The notes: generated from the letters alone by a model not told the origin. Positions 12,652 to 21,994 are shown, counted from the stretch's first letter. The stretch is 64,000 nt of DNA from Pseudomonadota bacterium (GCA_020161365.1 JAIUNU010000007.1:186853-250852), one strand, 5' to 3'. Translations and numbers: made by a program.

Positions 12652-13416
12652 ATGATCGTCCTTCGCAAGTTCGTCGCCTACAGCCTGGTCGGCCTGGGAA
12701 TCTGCGCGGCGGCGACCTCCGCAGTGGCTCAAGGCCGAGCGCCGGACCGCGCGGTGATCGGGATCGCCGCCGTCTATGCGCCGGGCTATCAAGGCGGCGA
12801 CGACTATCGTCTGATGCCCTTTCCGGTGATCGACGTGGCCTATGGCCGCTTCTTCGCCAGCGGCCGCAAGGGCGTGGGCTATGTCGTGGTCGACGGCCCG
12901 GTGGCGAAGGTCAGCGCGGGCGCGACCTATGTGCCCGGCTATCGTCGACGCGATGCGCCGGTCGGCATCGGGCGCCTGGACGGCGGCGCTGGACTGCGGT
13001 TGGCAACTGACATGCGACTGGGCGGCGTCCTGGCGTCGCTTGGCGGGACCAAAGTGGTGTCGGGCGATGTCGACGGCGCCCTGCTTGACGCGAACCTGGC
13101 CTATCCTGTCCGCGTCTCCGACCGTCTGAGCGTCACGCCTAGCGTCTCGGCGACCTGGGCCGACGCCGAGTACAATCGCGCCTATTTCGGGATCAGCGCG
13201 GCGCAGGCCGCCGCCTCGAAGCTGCCGGCCTATCGTCCCGGGGGCGGCGTCAAGGATGTCTCCCTGTCGCTGAACGCCAGCTACCGCCTCACTGACCGGG
13301 TCAGCCTGGGCGCGACGGCCAGCCTGAACCGATTGACGGGTGATGCGCGCAAGAGCCCGATCGTCGTCGACCCGACCCAGCCCTCCGCCGTCCTGTCGGC
13401 GTCCTACCGCTTCTAG
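12652..13416 (+). CDS. MipA/OmpV family outer-membrane protein
   Basis: Signal peptide, [26 protein letters not shown]-terminal SYRF beta-signal. Confidence 0.85.
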   Translation: MIVLRKFVAYSLVGLGICAAATSAVAQGRAPDRAVIGIAAVYAPGYQGGDDYRLMPFPVIDVAYGRFFASGRKGVGYVVVDGPVAKVSAGATYVPGYRRRDAPVGIGRLDGGAGLRLATDMRLGGVLASLGGTKVVSGDVDGALLDANLAYPVRVSDRLSVTPSVSATWADAEYNRAYFGISAAQAAASKLPAYRPGGGVKDVSLSLNASYRLTDRVSLGATASLNRLTGDARKSPIVVDPTQPSAVLSASYRF

Positions 13417-13536
13417 CTTCTAGACCAGCGAGGGCGGAGCGCCCCTGTTTGGCGCTGCACGCAGCATAATCTTCCCAGCGCTCTTGCGGCGCGCGTCAAC
13501 CTTGGTGTTGATGCCGGATAACCGTGGGAGTTTACG

Positions 13537-14961
13537 ATGTCGCGTCTGTCTTGGATCGCCGCCGCCGGCGCCTTGGCCCTGGCCGGTTTGGGGGGCGCGG
13601 CTCACGCTGCGGCGCCGCAGTTCAAGCCGTCCCCGTGTGTGGGCGACTACAAGGACGCCGCGCGGCAGGTGCGTTGCGGGACCCTGATCGTCGACGAGGC
13701 GCGCGGCGATCCCAAGAGCCGTCGCATCAAGGTCGCGGTGGCGATCGTCAAGGCCAGCGAGCCCAAGGCCGGCCAGCCGCCGGTCGTCTATCTGCACGGC
13801 GGTCCTGGCGGCTCGGCGCTCGGCGGCTTGCCGCGGATGCTCAAGAGCAAGGCGGCCTTGGATTATGTCGCGGTCGACCAGGACTGGATCTTCATCGACC
13901 AGCGCGGCGGCGGCCAGTCGGATCCCAACCTCAACTGCCCGGGCGCGAACCTGACCGACGCCGGCCCGCCGAGCGAGAAGGACGCCCAGGCGATCATCGC
14001 CTGTCTGAAGGCCTTCCAGGCCAAGGGCGTGAACCTGTCGCGCTACAACGCCGTCGAGGTCGCCAAGGACGTCCAGGACCTGCGCCAGGTGCTGAAGCTG
14101 CCGCTGATCGACCTCTTTGGCGGCTCGTACGGCACCCGCATCGAGGCGGCGATCCAGGCCCATACGCCACAGGGCGTCCGCGCGGTGGTGCAGGACTCGC
14201 CCTGGCCGCCCGAGGCTGACTGGACCGTTGGCGGCCCGGCCATGGTCTCAAGCTCGATCGATATCGTGATGGCCAAGTGCGCCAAGGTCGCCGAGTGCGC
14301 CAAACGCTATCCCGACCTCAAGGCCAAGCTGGCGGTCGTCGCCGAGCGTTGGCTGGCCGGGCCCCAAACGATCAACGGCGAGACCTACACGGCCGATGAT
14401 CTTGGCGGCTATCTGATGGACGCCAGCTACTTCACCGCCGGCGTCCTGCCGCGCGACCTCTGGAAGATCATCGAGGGCGACGTGTCGCCCGTGGCCGAGT
14501 TCGTCGAGAGCCGCGACTACTACAGCGAGGGCCAGTTCATGACCCACCTGTGCAAGGAAGAAATCCCGTTCGAGGCCCGCGCTGCGGTGGCGGACGGGAC
14601 CGAAAAGGACCCGGTCGCCCGCCTGATGGTCGCCTCGATGCAGCGCATCCACGACGTCTGCGCCGCTATTGATGTCGGCCCGATTTCCAAGCTCGAGCAG
14701 CAGCCGGTCAAGACCGCGATCCCGACCCTGTTCCTGGCCGCCGAGATCGACCCAGGCTGCCCGCCGGAGCTGACCAAGGCCGCCGCCAAGGGATATGAGG
14801 GCTCGCAGGTGGTCATCGTCACCAACGCCACCCACGGCGTCAGCCGTCACCCGTGCGCTCGAAAGATGATCCGCAGCTTCTTCCTGGATCCGACCAAGCC
14901 GGTGGACCGCGGCTGCCTGCCGGCGGCGGATACGCCGATGGTCTTTACTTACGCTGGCTGA
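13537..14961 (+). CDS. Secreted alpha/beta hydrolase (TAP-like peptidase/esterase)
   Basis: Signal peptide, YLHGGPGG, DQRGGG, GGSYG nucleophile, late THG. Confidence 0.85.
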   Translation: MSRLSWIAAAGALALAGLGGAAHAAAPQFKPSPCVGDYKDAARQVRCGTLIVDEARGDPKSRRIKVAVAIVKASEPKAGQPPVVYLHGGPGGSALGGLPRMLKSKAALDYVAVDQDWIFIDQRGGGQSDPNLNCPGANLTDAGPPSEKDAQAIIACLKAFQAKGVNLSRYNAVEVAKDVQDLRQVLKLPLIDLFGGSYGTRIEAAIQAHTPQGVRAVVQDSPWPPEADWTVGGPAMVSSSIDIVMAKCAKVAECAKRYPDLKAKLAVVAERWLAGPQTINGETYTADDLGGYLMDASYFTAGVLPRDLWKIIEGDVSPVAEFVESRDYYSEGQFMTHLCKEEIPFEARAAVADGTEKDPVARLMVASMQRIHDVCAAIDVGPISKLEQQPVKTAIPTLFLAAEIDPGCPPELTKAAAKGYEGSQVVIVTNATHGVSRHPCARKMIRSFFLDPTKPVDRGCLPAADTPMVFTYAG

Positions 14962-14967
14962 GGTTCT

Positions 14968-14999
14968 GGAAACCCTCTCCGACCGGGAGAGGGTTTTCC
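14968..14999. terminator. Hairpin between convergent genes, a solo CCCTCTCC..GGAGAGGG unit
   Basis: AAACCCTCTCC/GGAGAGGGTTT 11-bp stem. Confidence 0.7.
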
Positions 15000-15008
15000 A
15001 TCGCCGCC

Positions 15009-15869
15009 CTACATCTTCTTCTTCAGCGGCAAGAGATCCGGGAACACCGCATCCCGCTTCTGCGCCTTCGCCGCGAAGGCCTCGGCCATGTGCGGACCCG
15101 AGAACATGCCCGTCTGCCAGGTGGCGATGTAGTCGAGGCCGTCGGCGATGGTGTGGTCGCGGGCGTAGTTGATCATCACCTTGCTGCCGGCCACGGCTAG
15201 CGGCGACTTCTCGGCGATCTCGCGGGCGGTGGCCAGGGCGTGGGCGACGACTTCCTCATGGGTATCGAACACCTCGTTGACGAGGCCGATGTCGCGGGCG
15301 CGCTGTCCGGGCAGGCGGCGGCCGGTGTAGGCCAGCTCGCGCACCCAACCCTCGGGGATCAGCTTGCACAGACGCGGGAAGGTGCCGACATCGGCGGTCA
15401 TGCCGATATTGATCTCCTGGATCGAGAAGAAGGCGTCGGTGGTGGCGTAGCGGATGTCGCAGGCGCTGATGAAGTCGACCGCCCCGCCGATGCAGCCGCC
15501 CTGGATGGCGACGATCACCGGCATCCGCGCTTTGTCCAGGCAGCTGAAGGTGTCCTGCAGGTGATGGACGAAGCGGCGGAAGCTCTCGGCCGCCACCCAA
15601 CGGTCGGCTTCGTTGCGGACCGTGACGCCCTCGTCGTCGGTGAACACTGACAGGTCCATGCCGGCGCTGAAATGCTTGCCGGTCGAGGAGATGACGATGC
15701 AGCGGGCCCGCGCATTGTCATCAATGTCTTTTACAATCGCGGGAAGCTCGTTCCAGAACGCCCGGGTCATGGTGTTCATGGCTTCTGGGCGCTTCAACTG
15801 GATGTGCGCAACGCCAGCCTCGATCTCGACCTTGAAACAGCTATAGTTCGCGTGATCCTGGTTGCTCAT
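15009..15869 (-). CDS. Enoyl-CoA hydratase/isomerase (crotonase family)
   Basis: HFSAGMDL, GGCIGGA, QEINIGMTADVG. Start at MSNQDH. Confidence 0.9.
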   Translation of the reverse strand: MSNQDHANYSCFKVEIEAGVAHIQLKRPEAMNTMTRAFWNELPAIVKDIDDNARARCIVISSTGKHFSAGMDLSVFTDDEGVTVRNEADRWVAAESFRRFVHHLQDTFSCLDKARMPVIVAIQGGCIGGAVDFISACDIRYATTDAFFSIQEINIGMTADVGTFPRLCKLIPEGWVRELAYTGRRLPGQRARDIGLVNEVFDTHEEVVAHALATAREIAEKSPLAVAGSKVMINYARDHTIADGLDYIATWQTGMFSGPHMAEAFAAKAQKRDAVFPDLLPLKKKM

Positions 15870-15951
15870 GCTGGCCTCCCATATGTTGTTCGCGACTATC
15901 GGACGGGGGGAGGGCGGCGACAACACTGACCCTACGGAAAAGGGAAACGAC

Positions 15952-16749
15952 ATGACGACGCGCAAGACTCCCGCCACGGCCCTGGCCCTCGCCGCCGTCC
16001 TGGGCGCCGGCCTCACGGCCGCACCGGCCCCCGTGCTGGCCCAGCAGTCCAAGCCGCTCGGCGGGATCTTCGGATGCGAAGGCTCGGGCAAGAAGCAGGA
16101 AGGCGGCGCCCTGATCGGCGCGGCCGCCGGCGCGTTGCTGGGCAGCAAGGTCGCCAAGAACGAAAGGACCTTGGGCGCGCTGGTCGGCGCGGCGGCGGGC
16201 GCGGCGGCGGGCGCCTATATCGGCTGCCGCATGCAGTCGACCGACGCGGCTCTGGCCGAGCAGGCCACTAAGAAGGCTCTGGAAACGGGCGTCTCCCAGA
16301 CCTGGAGCAACAGCCGCACCGGCAATTCGGGCCGTATCAGCGTGGTCTCGTCCAGCTATGGCCCGCCGATCGACGGGCGCAGCATCCGCTACGCCCAGGG
16401 CGTTCAGAGCCTGCCCAGCCTGGCGGCCACCGCCGGCGCCTACACGGCGGCTTCGACGGTGAACCTGCGCGCGGGCCCCTCGACCAGGACCGCGGTGGTC
16501 GGCAAGCTCGCAGCCGGCGAGGCGTTCGACGCCATTGGCGAGGCGCCGACAGGCGGCTGGGTCCTGGTGGGCCGCAGCGGCTTTGGCGTCGGCTATGCGG
16601 CGGCCTCGCTGGTCCGTCCCAGCGGCCAGATGGCCGCCAGCTGCCGGGTTATCGACGCAGCGGTCTCGGGCGGCGGCCAGGCGACCTCGACCCAGCGCTA
16701 CAGCGCCTGCCGCGACAATCGCGGCGAATGGCAGCTGACCCAGGCTTAA
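15952..16749 (+). CDS. Exported glycine-zipper / 17-kDa surface-antigen-like protein with a bacterial SH3 domain
   Basis: Signal peptide, GALIGAAAGALLG glycine zipper, QTWSNSRTGNSG, VNLRAGPSTRTAVVGKL (SH3b), CRVI...ACRDNRGEWQL. Confidence 0.75.
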   Translation: MTTRKTPATALALAAVLGAGLTAAPAPVLAQQSKPLGGIFGCEGSGKKQEGGALIGAAAGALLGSKVAKNERTLGALVGAAAGAAAGAYIGCRMQSTDAALAEQATKKALETGVSQTWSNSRTGNSGRISVVSSSYGPPIDGRSIRYAQGVQSLPSLAATAGAYTAASTVNLRAGPSTRTAVVGKLAAGEAFDAIGEAPTGGWVLVGRSGFGVGYAAASLVRPSGQMAASCRVIDAAVSGGGQATSTQRYSACRDNRGEWQLTQA

Positions 16750-17180
16750 AGGTCCACCACCTCGCACTTCAGCCGTTCGCGAATGCGGTCGGCGACGATG
16801 CGGCGATGGCAGCAATTGGGATCGTCCTCGTAGCAAAGGAGGGCGATCCTTTTTGTTTTCGCCAACGCCGTCGCTTGGGCCAGGGCCAGCACGGCGGCGG
16901 GCTCTTCCAGGTGGGCCTCGAAGATCTGGCGCATTTCGTCGACCCGCCCCGCACGAGCTGCGTCACGGCCCGGCTTGGGCGTACCCAGATCGCGCAGGTG
17001 CAGATAGTCGACCCCTCGGTCGCTCAGACCGCCCGCCAGCAGGGTCTTGGAGAAGCCGGCCTTGCGGGAGCTGGCGACGGCGCGAACATCGATCACCAGT
17101 TCGACGCCGGCGGCCTTGAGCCGGTCGATCATCCCGTTCTGCGTGTCGGTCTCGTAGCCGATGGTGGCCAGCGGATTCAT
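16746..17180 (-). CDS. DUF488 family protein
   Basis: LATIGYE, VIDVR...SRKAGFSK, LLCYEDDPNCCHRRIVA. An alternative start lies at 17192. Confidence 0.85.
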   Translation of the reverse strand: MNPLATIGYETDTQNGMIDRLKAAGVELVIDVRAVASSRKAGFSKTLLAGGLSDRGVDYLHLRDLGTPKPGRDAARAGRVDEMRQIFEAHLEEPAAVLALAQATALAKTKRIALLCYEDDPNCCHRRIVADRIRERLKCEVVDL

Positions 17181-17249
17181 CTTGAGCTCCATGGACGCGG
17201 CGGGTGGAGACGCCTACCTTACGCCCGATCAGTTTCAGGGAGCCACGCC

Positions 17250-18140
17250 ATGGACGCGGCCGTTTTTCGCGAACCTCGCAGACGTGTCGTGGCCGTGCCC
17301 GGCGGCGAGATCGCCGCCCTGGAGTTTGGCCCCGAGGATCGGGCGATCGACATCGTCTTTGTCCACGCCAACGGCTTCAACGCCCAGACCTACCGGACGC
17401 TCCTGTCGCCGCTGGCGGCGGGCTTGCGAATCCTGGCGATCGACCAGCGCGGCCATGGCGCCACCACACTTCCCGCTGAACCGAAAGGCCGACGGTCATG
17501 GCGCGATCTGCGGGACGACCTCGTCGGCCTGCTGGACGTGCTGGACGGGTCGCCTGTCGTGCTGGCCGGCCACTCGATGGGCGGCACGGTCAGCCTGCTG
17601 GCCGCCGCCGAACGCCCCGATCGGGTGAAAAGCCTGCTGCTGCTGGATCCGGTGATCATGCCCTGGCTAGCCAACCTCTACGCCAAGGCGCCCTGGACCT
17701 CGGGCCGGGGCTTTATGCAGCTGCCGATCGCCCAGGCGGCGCTGAAGCGACGCGAGGTGTTCGACAATCGCGAGGCGGTGTTCGCCGGTTACAAGGGACG
17801 CGGCGCCTTCAAGACCTGGCCCGAGACGATGCTCGCCGACTATGTGGCCGGCGGCGTGGTCGACGCGCCGGACGGCAAGGTGCGGCTGGCCTGCGCGCCG
17901 GCCTGGGAGGCGTCGAACTACGCCGCCCAAGCCCATGACCCGTGGCGCGCGGTCCGACGCATCGCCGCGCCCGTGCGGATTCTGAAAGCTCAGAAGCACT
18001 CGACATGCCGCGCGGGCGACGGCTTCGCGCGCCGGGGAAGGAACGTCCGTATCGAGACGGTTGAGGGCACGAGCCACTTCCTGCCCATGGAGCGCCCGGA
18101 CCTGGTGCGAGACGCCCTGTTCGAGATGGCGACAGCTTAG
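17250..18140 (+). CDS. Alpha/beta hydrolase
   Basis: HANGF, DQRGHG, GHSMGG nucleophile, SHFLPME. GGGAG RBS upstream. Confidence 0.88.
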   Translation: MDAAVFREPRRRVVAVPGGEIAALEFGPEDRAIDIVFVHANGFNAQTYRTLLSPLAAGLRILAIDQRGHGATTLPAEPKGRRSWRDLRDDLVGLLDVLDGSPVVLAGHSMGGTVSLLAAAERPDRVKSLLLLDPVIMPWLANLYAKAPWTSGRGFMQLPIAQAALKRREVFDNREAVFAGYKGRGAFKTWPETMLADYVAGGVVDAPDGKVRLACAPAWEASNYAAQAHDPWRAVRRIAAPVRILKAQKHSTCRAGDGFARRGRNVRIETVEGTSHFLPMERPDLVRDALFEMATA

Positions 18141-19081
18141 AGCGCGAGCCCCTTCACTTCGTGGGCGGACAGCGCGGCCCGCGCCGCGTCGGTGACCGGC
18201 ACCACCTTGCGGGCGTCGAGGTCAAAGGTGATGGCCACCGCCTCAGAGGTCCCCCAGGGCTCGCCGGTGGCGGGATCCAGCATCCAGTGGACCACGCGCA
18301 TCGTCCGGGCGTCAGTTCCCAAGAGGCCTGAGCGGATTTCGATGCGGTCGCCGGCGCGCGGCCAGGCCAAGTGCACGATCCTGTACTCCAGCACCGCGCC
18401 GCCCATCCGCTGAGGCTTGTGGTCGGCATGCTCGACCACGACGTCGCGGAAGGGATGGATGAACGTGCCGATGCCATCCGACACCCGGCCGATGAACTGC
18501 TCGGTGCGCATCCGTCCGAACACGTCGCAGTCCGACGGCAGGAGGCCGCCCAGACCGATCCGCGAGAGGCGGAGGGCGTCGGCTTGGGCCAGGCTGGCCG
18601 TGGGCGTGAACGGCGACAGGTCGATGCTGCGGGCCTGGGCGCGTTCCGGAACCTCGACCTTCAGGGCCTCGGCGCGTTCGCGGGCGACCTTGGGCCAGGG
18701 GAAGGGCTGGCCATCACGTGGCGTCGCGTGGACGACCGTGGTCTGAAACGTGGCCGCCAGTTCGCCCGAGGCCGGGTGGATCAGCAACTGCAGGATCCGC
18801 GCCTCGCACTCGCCCATCTCGATCACTCCGCCCAGCATGTAGAGCGGCGCGCCGGCGTGGGCCTCGCGCAGGAAGCGGATGTGTTGTTCCTTGACCAGCA
18901 GGGTGGCGTTGGCATGGGGCGAGAAGGCGTGGGGCAGGCCCAGTTCGGCGGCCATGCCGATCAGGCCCTCCTGAGCGCGCACCACGTAGTGGCGCACGTT
19001 CATATGCCCCATCTCGTCACAGTCCCAGGTATTGACGCCGCCGCGCCAGATCTCGACGCCGGGGAGGGGCTGGGCGGTCAT
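18137..19081 (-). CDS. Double hot-dog acyl-CoA thioesterase
   Basis: WDCDEMGHMNVRHY and a second degenerate CDVFGRM hot-dog motif. Confidence 0.8.
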   Translation of the reverse strand: MTAQPLPGVEIWRGGVNTWDCDEMGHMNVRHYVVRAQEGLIGMAAELGLPHAFSPHANATLLVKEQHIRFLREAHAGAPLYMLGGVIEMGECEARILQLLIHPASGELAATFQTTVVHATPRDGQPFPWPKVARERAEALKVEVPERAQARSIDLSPFTPTASLAQADALRLSRIGLGGLLPSDCDVFGRMRTEQFIGRVSDGIGTFIHPFRDVVVEHADHKPQRMGGAVLEYRIVHLAWPRAGDRIEIRSGLLGTDARTMRVVHWMLDPATGEPWGTSEAVAITFDLDARKVVPVTDAARAALSAHEVKGLAL

Positions 19082-19087
19082 GGGGTC

Positions 19088-19189
19088 ACTCGAACGAATG
19101 GAACGGTCGTTCGAGTCTAGATCGGTTGCTGCAAACTTGGCTAGAGCGTGACGCCGAAGGTGCGAGCCGGTTTCGGCGTGAGGCTCTAG
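19088..19189. repeat. Degenerate CIR-like two-arm palindromic intergenic repeat
   Basis: Arm 1 ACTCGAACGA/TCGTTCGAGT with GAATGGAA at its centre, CAAAC core, arm 2 CTAGAGCGTGA...GCTCTAG. Same layout as 45685-45792. GAGTC at 19113. Confidence 0.55.
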
Positions 19190-19404
19190 CGCTTGCCTTC
19201 GGCCGGATCGCCCGCCGGACCCTTGCCCGCCGGACCCTTGAAGGTGTCGCCGACCTCCGTCGCGTCGGGGCCATCGGGGCCCGCGCGCCGGCGCGAGGCC
19301 TCGCCGGTCCGCTGGACGCTGTCCCTACCGCCCAGGGCGGTGAAGTCGCCCATCGGCTCGGACGCGTTGGCCTTTCGCCCGTCGGTGTTGGGTTGCTTGC
19401 TCAT
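19186..19404 (-). CDS. Small hypothetical protein (72 aa, hydrophilic, Gly/Pro-rich)
   Basis: Strong AGAGGAG RBS before the ATG. No family recognised. Confidence 0.5.
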   Translation of the reverse strand: MSKQPNTDGRKANASEPMGDFTALGGRDSVQRTGEASRRRAGPDGPDATEVGDTFKGPAGKGPAGDPAEGKR

Positions 19405-19448
19405 GGCCGGTCTCCTCTCTGCGATGAGGAAACGGGCGCGGGGCCGGC

Positions 19449-19934
19449 CTAGTTTCGGCAGTCCGCGCAGAGGCCGTGAGCCTCGATCGTCACGCCCGTC
19501 AGCGCATAGCCCGCCGCCTCGCCTGCGGCGATGATTTCGGCGCTGGCCTTGGGCTCAATCTCGCGGGTCGCGCCGCAGCAGTCGCAGATCAGAAAGGCGG
19601 CGGCGTGGCCGTCGGCTTCCTTGCGGCAGGCGACATAGGCGTTGAGGCTCTCGATCCGATGGGCGAAGCCCTGCTTCTCCAGAAAGTCGAGCGCGCGATA
19701 GACCGTCGGCGGCTTGGCTGGCGGACCCTCGCCCCCGAAGGTCGAGATCAGGTCGTAGGCTTTCACCGGCTGTCCTGCCTGGAGCAGCAATTCCAGCACG
19801 CGACGGCGGGGGGCGGTCAGGCGCTGGTCGGCGGCGGCGCAGCGGGCCTCGGCCGCGTCGAGCTCGGCCGCGAGCGCCGCGCCGGCGACGCCGTGGTTGT
19901 GGTGGTCGTGTCCGCAGGAAGGGGCGTTGGCCAT
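19449..19934 (-). CDS. zur: Fur-family regulator, Zur-like
   Basis: His-rich N-terminus (CGHDHHNH), LTAPRRRVLELL, PPTVYRALDFL, CDCC and CADC Zn motifs. Confidence 0.8.
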   Translation of the reverse strand: MANAPSCGHDHHNHGVAGAALAAELDAAEARCAAADQRLTAPRRRVLELLLQAGQPVKAYDLISTFGGEGPPAKPPTVYRALDFLEKQGFAHRIESLNAYVACRKEADGHAAAFLICDCCGATREIEPKASAEIIAAGEAAGYALTGVTIEAHGLCADCRN

Positions 19935-19970
19935 GAACAAGAGGTAGAGGCCGGGTCGGCTCTACGCAAG

Positions 19971-20747
19971 CTACAGCAGCGGTTTGGACAGAGCGGACGC
20001 CTCGGCCTCACAGCGCTTGGGGTCGGGAGCGGGACCGGCGGCGCGCGCCGCATCGAGCTCGACCCGGGCTGCGGCGAGGTCCGCCTTGAAGGCGTCGGAC
20101 GACTTCAACGCCGCCAGCAGGTTCTCGGCGTTCATCTGGCCGGCCTCGACCGAGCTCATATTGTGAACGCCGCACACCACGCGGCTTTCGCCATAAGCCT
20201 TGGCGCGCGCCAGAATCGCCTCGCGGCGGTCGGGCGCCAGTTCGGCCAGGAGGAGACCCACGCTCCAGCCCCAGGTCGCATGGCCGGAGGGGTAATCCGG
20301 CGACAGCGCCAGCCCCAGGCTGCGCTTGACGCAGATCGGTCCTTCCTCGCGGAAATAGGGGCGGGGGCGGCGATACTTCAGCTTTGGTCCGGCGACCGCC
20401 GAGCGGACGTCGCGGCTCATGCGCAGCAGGGTGGCGGCCAGCTTGGGGTTGCGCTCGAACGACGGGGTGACGCCCAGGGCGCAGGCGTAGCCGTCGAGCA
20501 CCTTCTCCTCGACATTGTCCTCCTGGGCCAAAGACCAGCGCGGGGTGTCCTTCAGGACGCGGGTGGCGCGGAAGATCTCGCGGTCGCGCAGCGCGGCTTC
20601 GGACCCCTTGGGCGGCGGCGGCGGCAGGTGGTCGCGCGCGTCGAAGGCGCCCTTGGCCAGATAGCGGTTAGCGGGCGCATCGCCGCTCAACGTGGCGCAG
20701 CCGCTAAGCATCAGGGCGGCGGTGGTGACGAGCCAGACAGCGCGCAT
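19971..20747 (-). CDS. Class A (PAP2) non-specific acid phosphatase, lipoprotein
   Basis: LSGC lipobox, KLKYRRPRP, YPSGH, SRVVCGVH. Confidence 0.88.
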   Translation of the reverse strand: MRAVWLVTTAALMLSGCATLSGDAPANRYLAKGAFDARDHLPPPPPKGSEAALRDREIFRATRVLKDTPRWSLAQEDNVEEKVLDGYACALGVTPSFERNPKLAATLLRMSRDVRSAVAGPKLKYRRPRPYFREEGPICVKRSLGLALSPDYPSGHATWGWSVGLLLAELAPDRREAILARAKAYGESRVVCGVHNMSSVEAGQMNAENLLAALKSSDAFKADLAAARVELDAARAAGPAPDPKRCEAEASALSKPLL

Positions 20748-20748
20748 G

Positions 20749-20782
20749 AAAAAGGGTCCCCGAAATCACTTTCGGAGACCCT
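20749..20782 (-). terminator. Terminator downstream of the DHS-like gene
   Basis: 13-bp minus-strand stem (one G-U pair), GUGA tetraloop, UUUU tract. Confidence 0.7.
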
Positions 20783-20825
20783 GCATTTTCAAGTCCGGCC
20801 GATCAAGCCCGCCGGACCGTCAGCC

Positions 20826-21875
20826 TTACTTGCCGAACAGCTTGTTCCAGCGCGGCTTCTCGCGGCCTTCCCAGGCCTTGCGCCAGTAGGCGTCCGAGGC
20901 GATCAGCGGAACCACCGTGGTGGCTTCGGCGAACACCATCTGCTCATAGGTGGTCGAGACCTTGCCCCACGAGGCGGCTTCCTTGAGCGTCGACGACGAG
21001 CAGGCGCCGTCGCGCACGTCGGCCACCGTGATCTGGATGGCGTACTTGTGCATGTCGGCCTCGACGCCGAGGATCTCGGCGCAGACGACGGTGTCTTGGG
21101 CGAAGTTCTTCGGCACGCCGCCGCCGACCATGAACAGGCCCGTAGTGCCAGCGGCGATCTTGATGTCGGTCAGTTCGCGGAAGTCGGCGATCGCGTCCAG
21201 CATCAGGTAGGGCTTGCCGGCGGCGGCGCGCTCCTTCTGGTGCTTGACGAGGCCGAAGCCGGCCGAGCTGTCGACGAACGCCGGGCAGAAGATCGGCACG
21301 CCTTCTTCATAGGCGGTCTGGATCAGCGAGCCTTCCTTCTTGGCGTTGCCTTCCGCCAGCCACTTGCCCATCTCCCAGATGAATTCGCGCGAGGAATAGC
21401 CGCGCGGCTCCAGGCGGTTGGCGATCTCGAGGATCGTGTGGTCGCAGGCCTGCAGCTCTTCTTCGTCGATATAGGTGTCGTAGATGCGGTCGATGTAGTT
21501 GTCGCGCAGGACGTTGTCGTCGACCGGGCCGGCGGCCTGATAGTGCTTGAAGCCGAGGGCTTCGAAGAAGTCCATGTCGACGATGCTGGCGCCGGTGGCG
21601 ACCACGGCGTCGATCATGCCGTTCTTCACCATGTCGCGGTACACGTGCATGCAGCCGCCGGCCGAGGTCGAACCGGCCAGGATCAGCCAGGTCGAGCAGT
21701 CCTTGTCGGCCAGGGCCATGTTGAAGATGTCGGCCGCGCGGGCGGTGTCGCGCGAGCTGAACGACATCTTGCGCATCGAGTCGATGATCGGGCGGGCGTC
21801 GTACGACGTGATGTCGACGTGCTCGACGGTCTTCTGGAGCAGTTCGGCCTTGGTGTTCGGAACGGGAGCGTTCAT
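20826..21875 (-). CDS. Deoxyhypusine synthase-like protein (candidate homospermidine synthase)
   Basis: AGSTSAGG, DRIYD, PIFCPAFVDSSAG, GGGVPKNF, GACSSSTLKEAASWGK with the conserved Lys, EATTVVPL. Start at MNAPVP. Confidence 0.9.
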   Translation of the reverse strand: MNAPVPNTKAELLQKTVEHVDITSYDARPIIDSMRKMSFSSRDTARAADIFNMALADKDCSTWLILAGSTSAGGCMHVYRDMVKNGMIDAVVATGASIVDMDFFEALGFKHYQAAGPVDDNVLRDNYIDRIYDTYIDEEELQACDHTILEIANRLEPRGYSSREFIWEMGKWLAEGNAKKEGSLIQTAYEEGVPIFCPAFVDSSAGFGLVKHQKERAAAGKPYLMLDAIADFRELTDIKIAAGTTGLFMVGGGVPKNFAQDTVVCAEILGVEADMHKYAIQITVADVRDGACSSSTLKEAASWGKVSTTYEQMVFAEATTVVPLIASDAYWRKAWEGREKPRWNKLFGK

Positions 21876-21962
21876 CGCTTCGGTTTCCCTGACTTTGGAC
21901 GCCCGTCGTTGGAACAAGCTCTTCACCGGGACGGAGCGACCGGCGGGAGCGGAAAATACGAA

Positions 21963-21994
21963 CCGCGCTCGACGCTTCAAAACGTCGAGCGCGG
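21963..21994. terminator. Perfect 12-bp hairpin between the ODC and DHS-like genes
   Basis: CCGCGCTCGACG-8 nt-CGTCGAGCGCGG; only a weak U-tract on the minus strand. Confidence 0.45.

Noticed and set aside
13410-13423. CTTCTAG tandem duplication at the MipA stop as a target-site duplication
   Set aside because: It is a 7-bp tandem with no partner at the other end of the gene, and could be simple slippage.
19186-19404. DUF1674/SdhAF4 assignment for the 72-aa ORF
   Set aside because: It lacks the diagnostic GPEPTRYGDWE motif.
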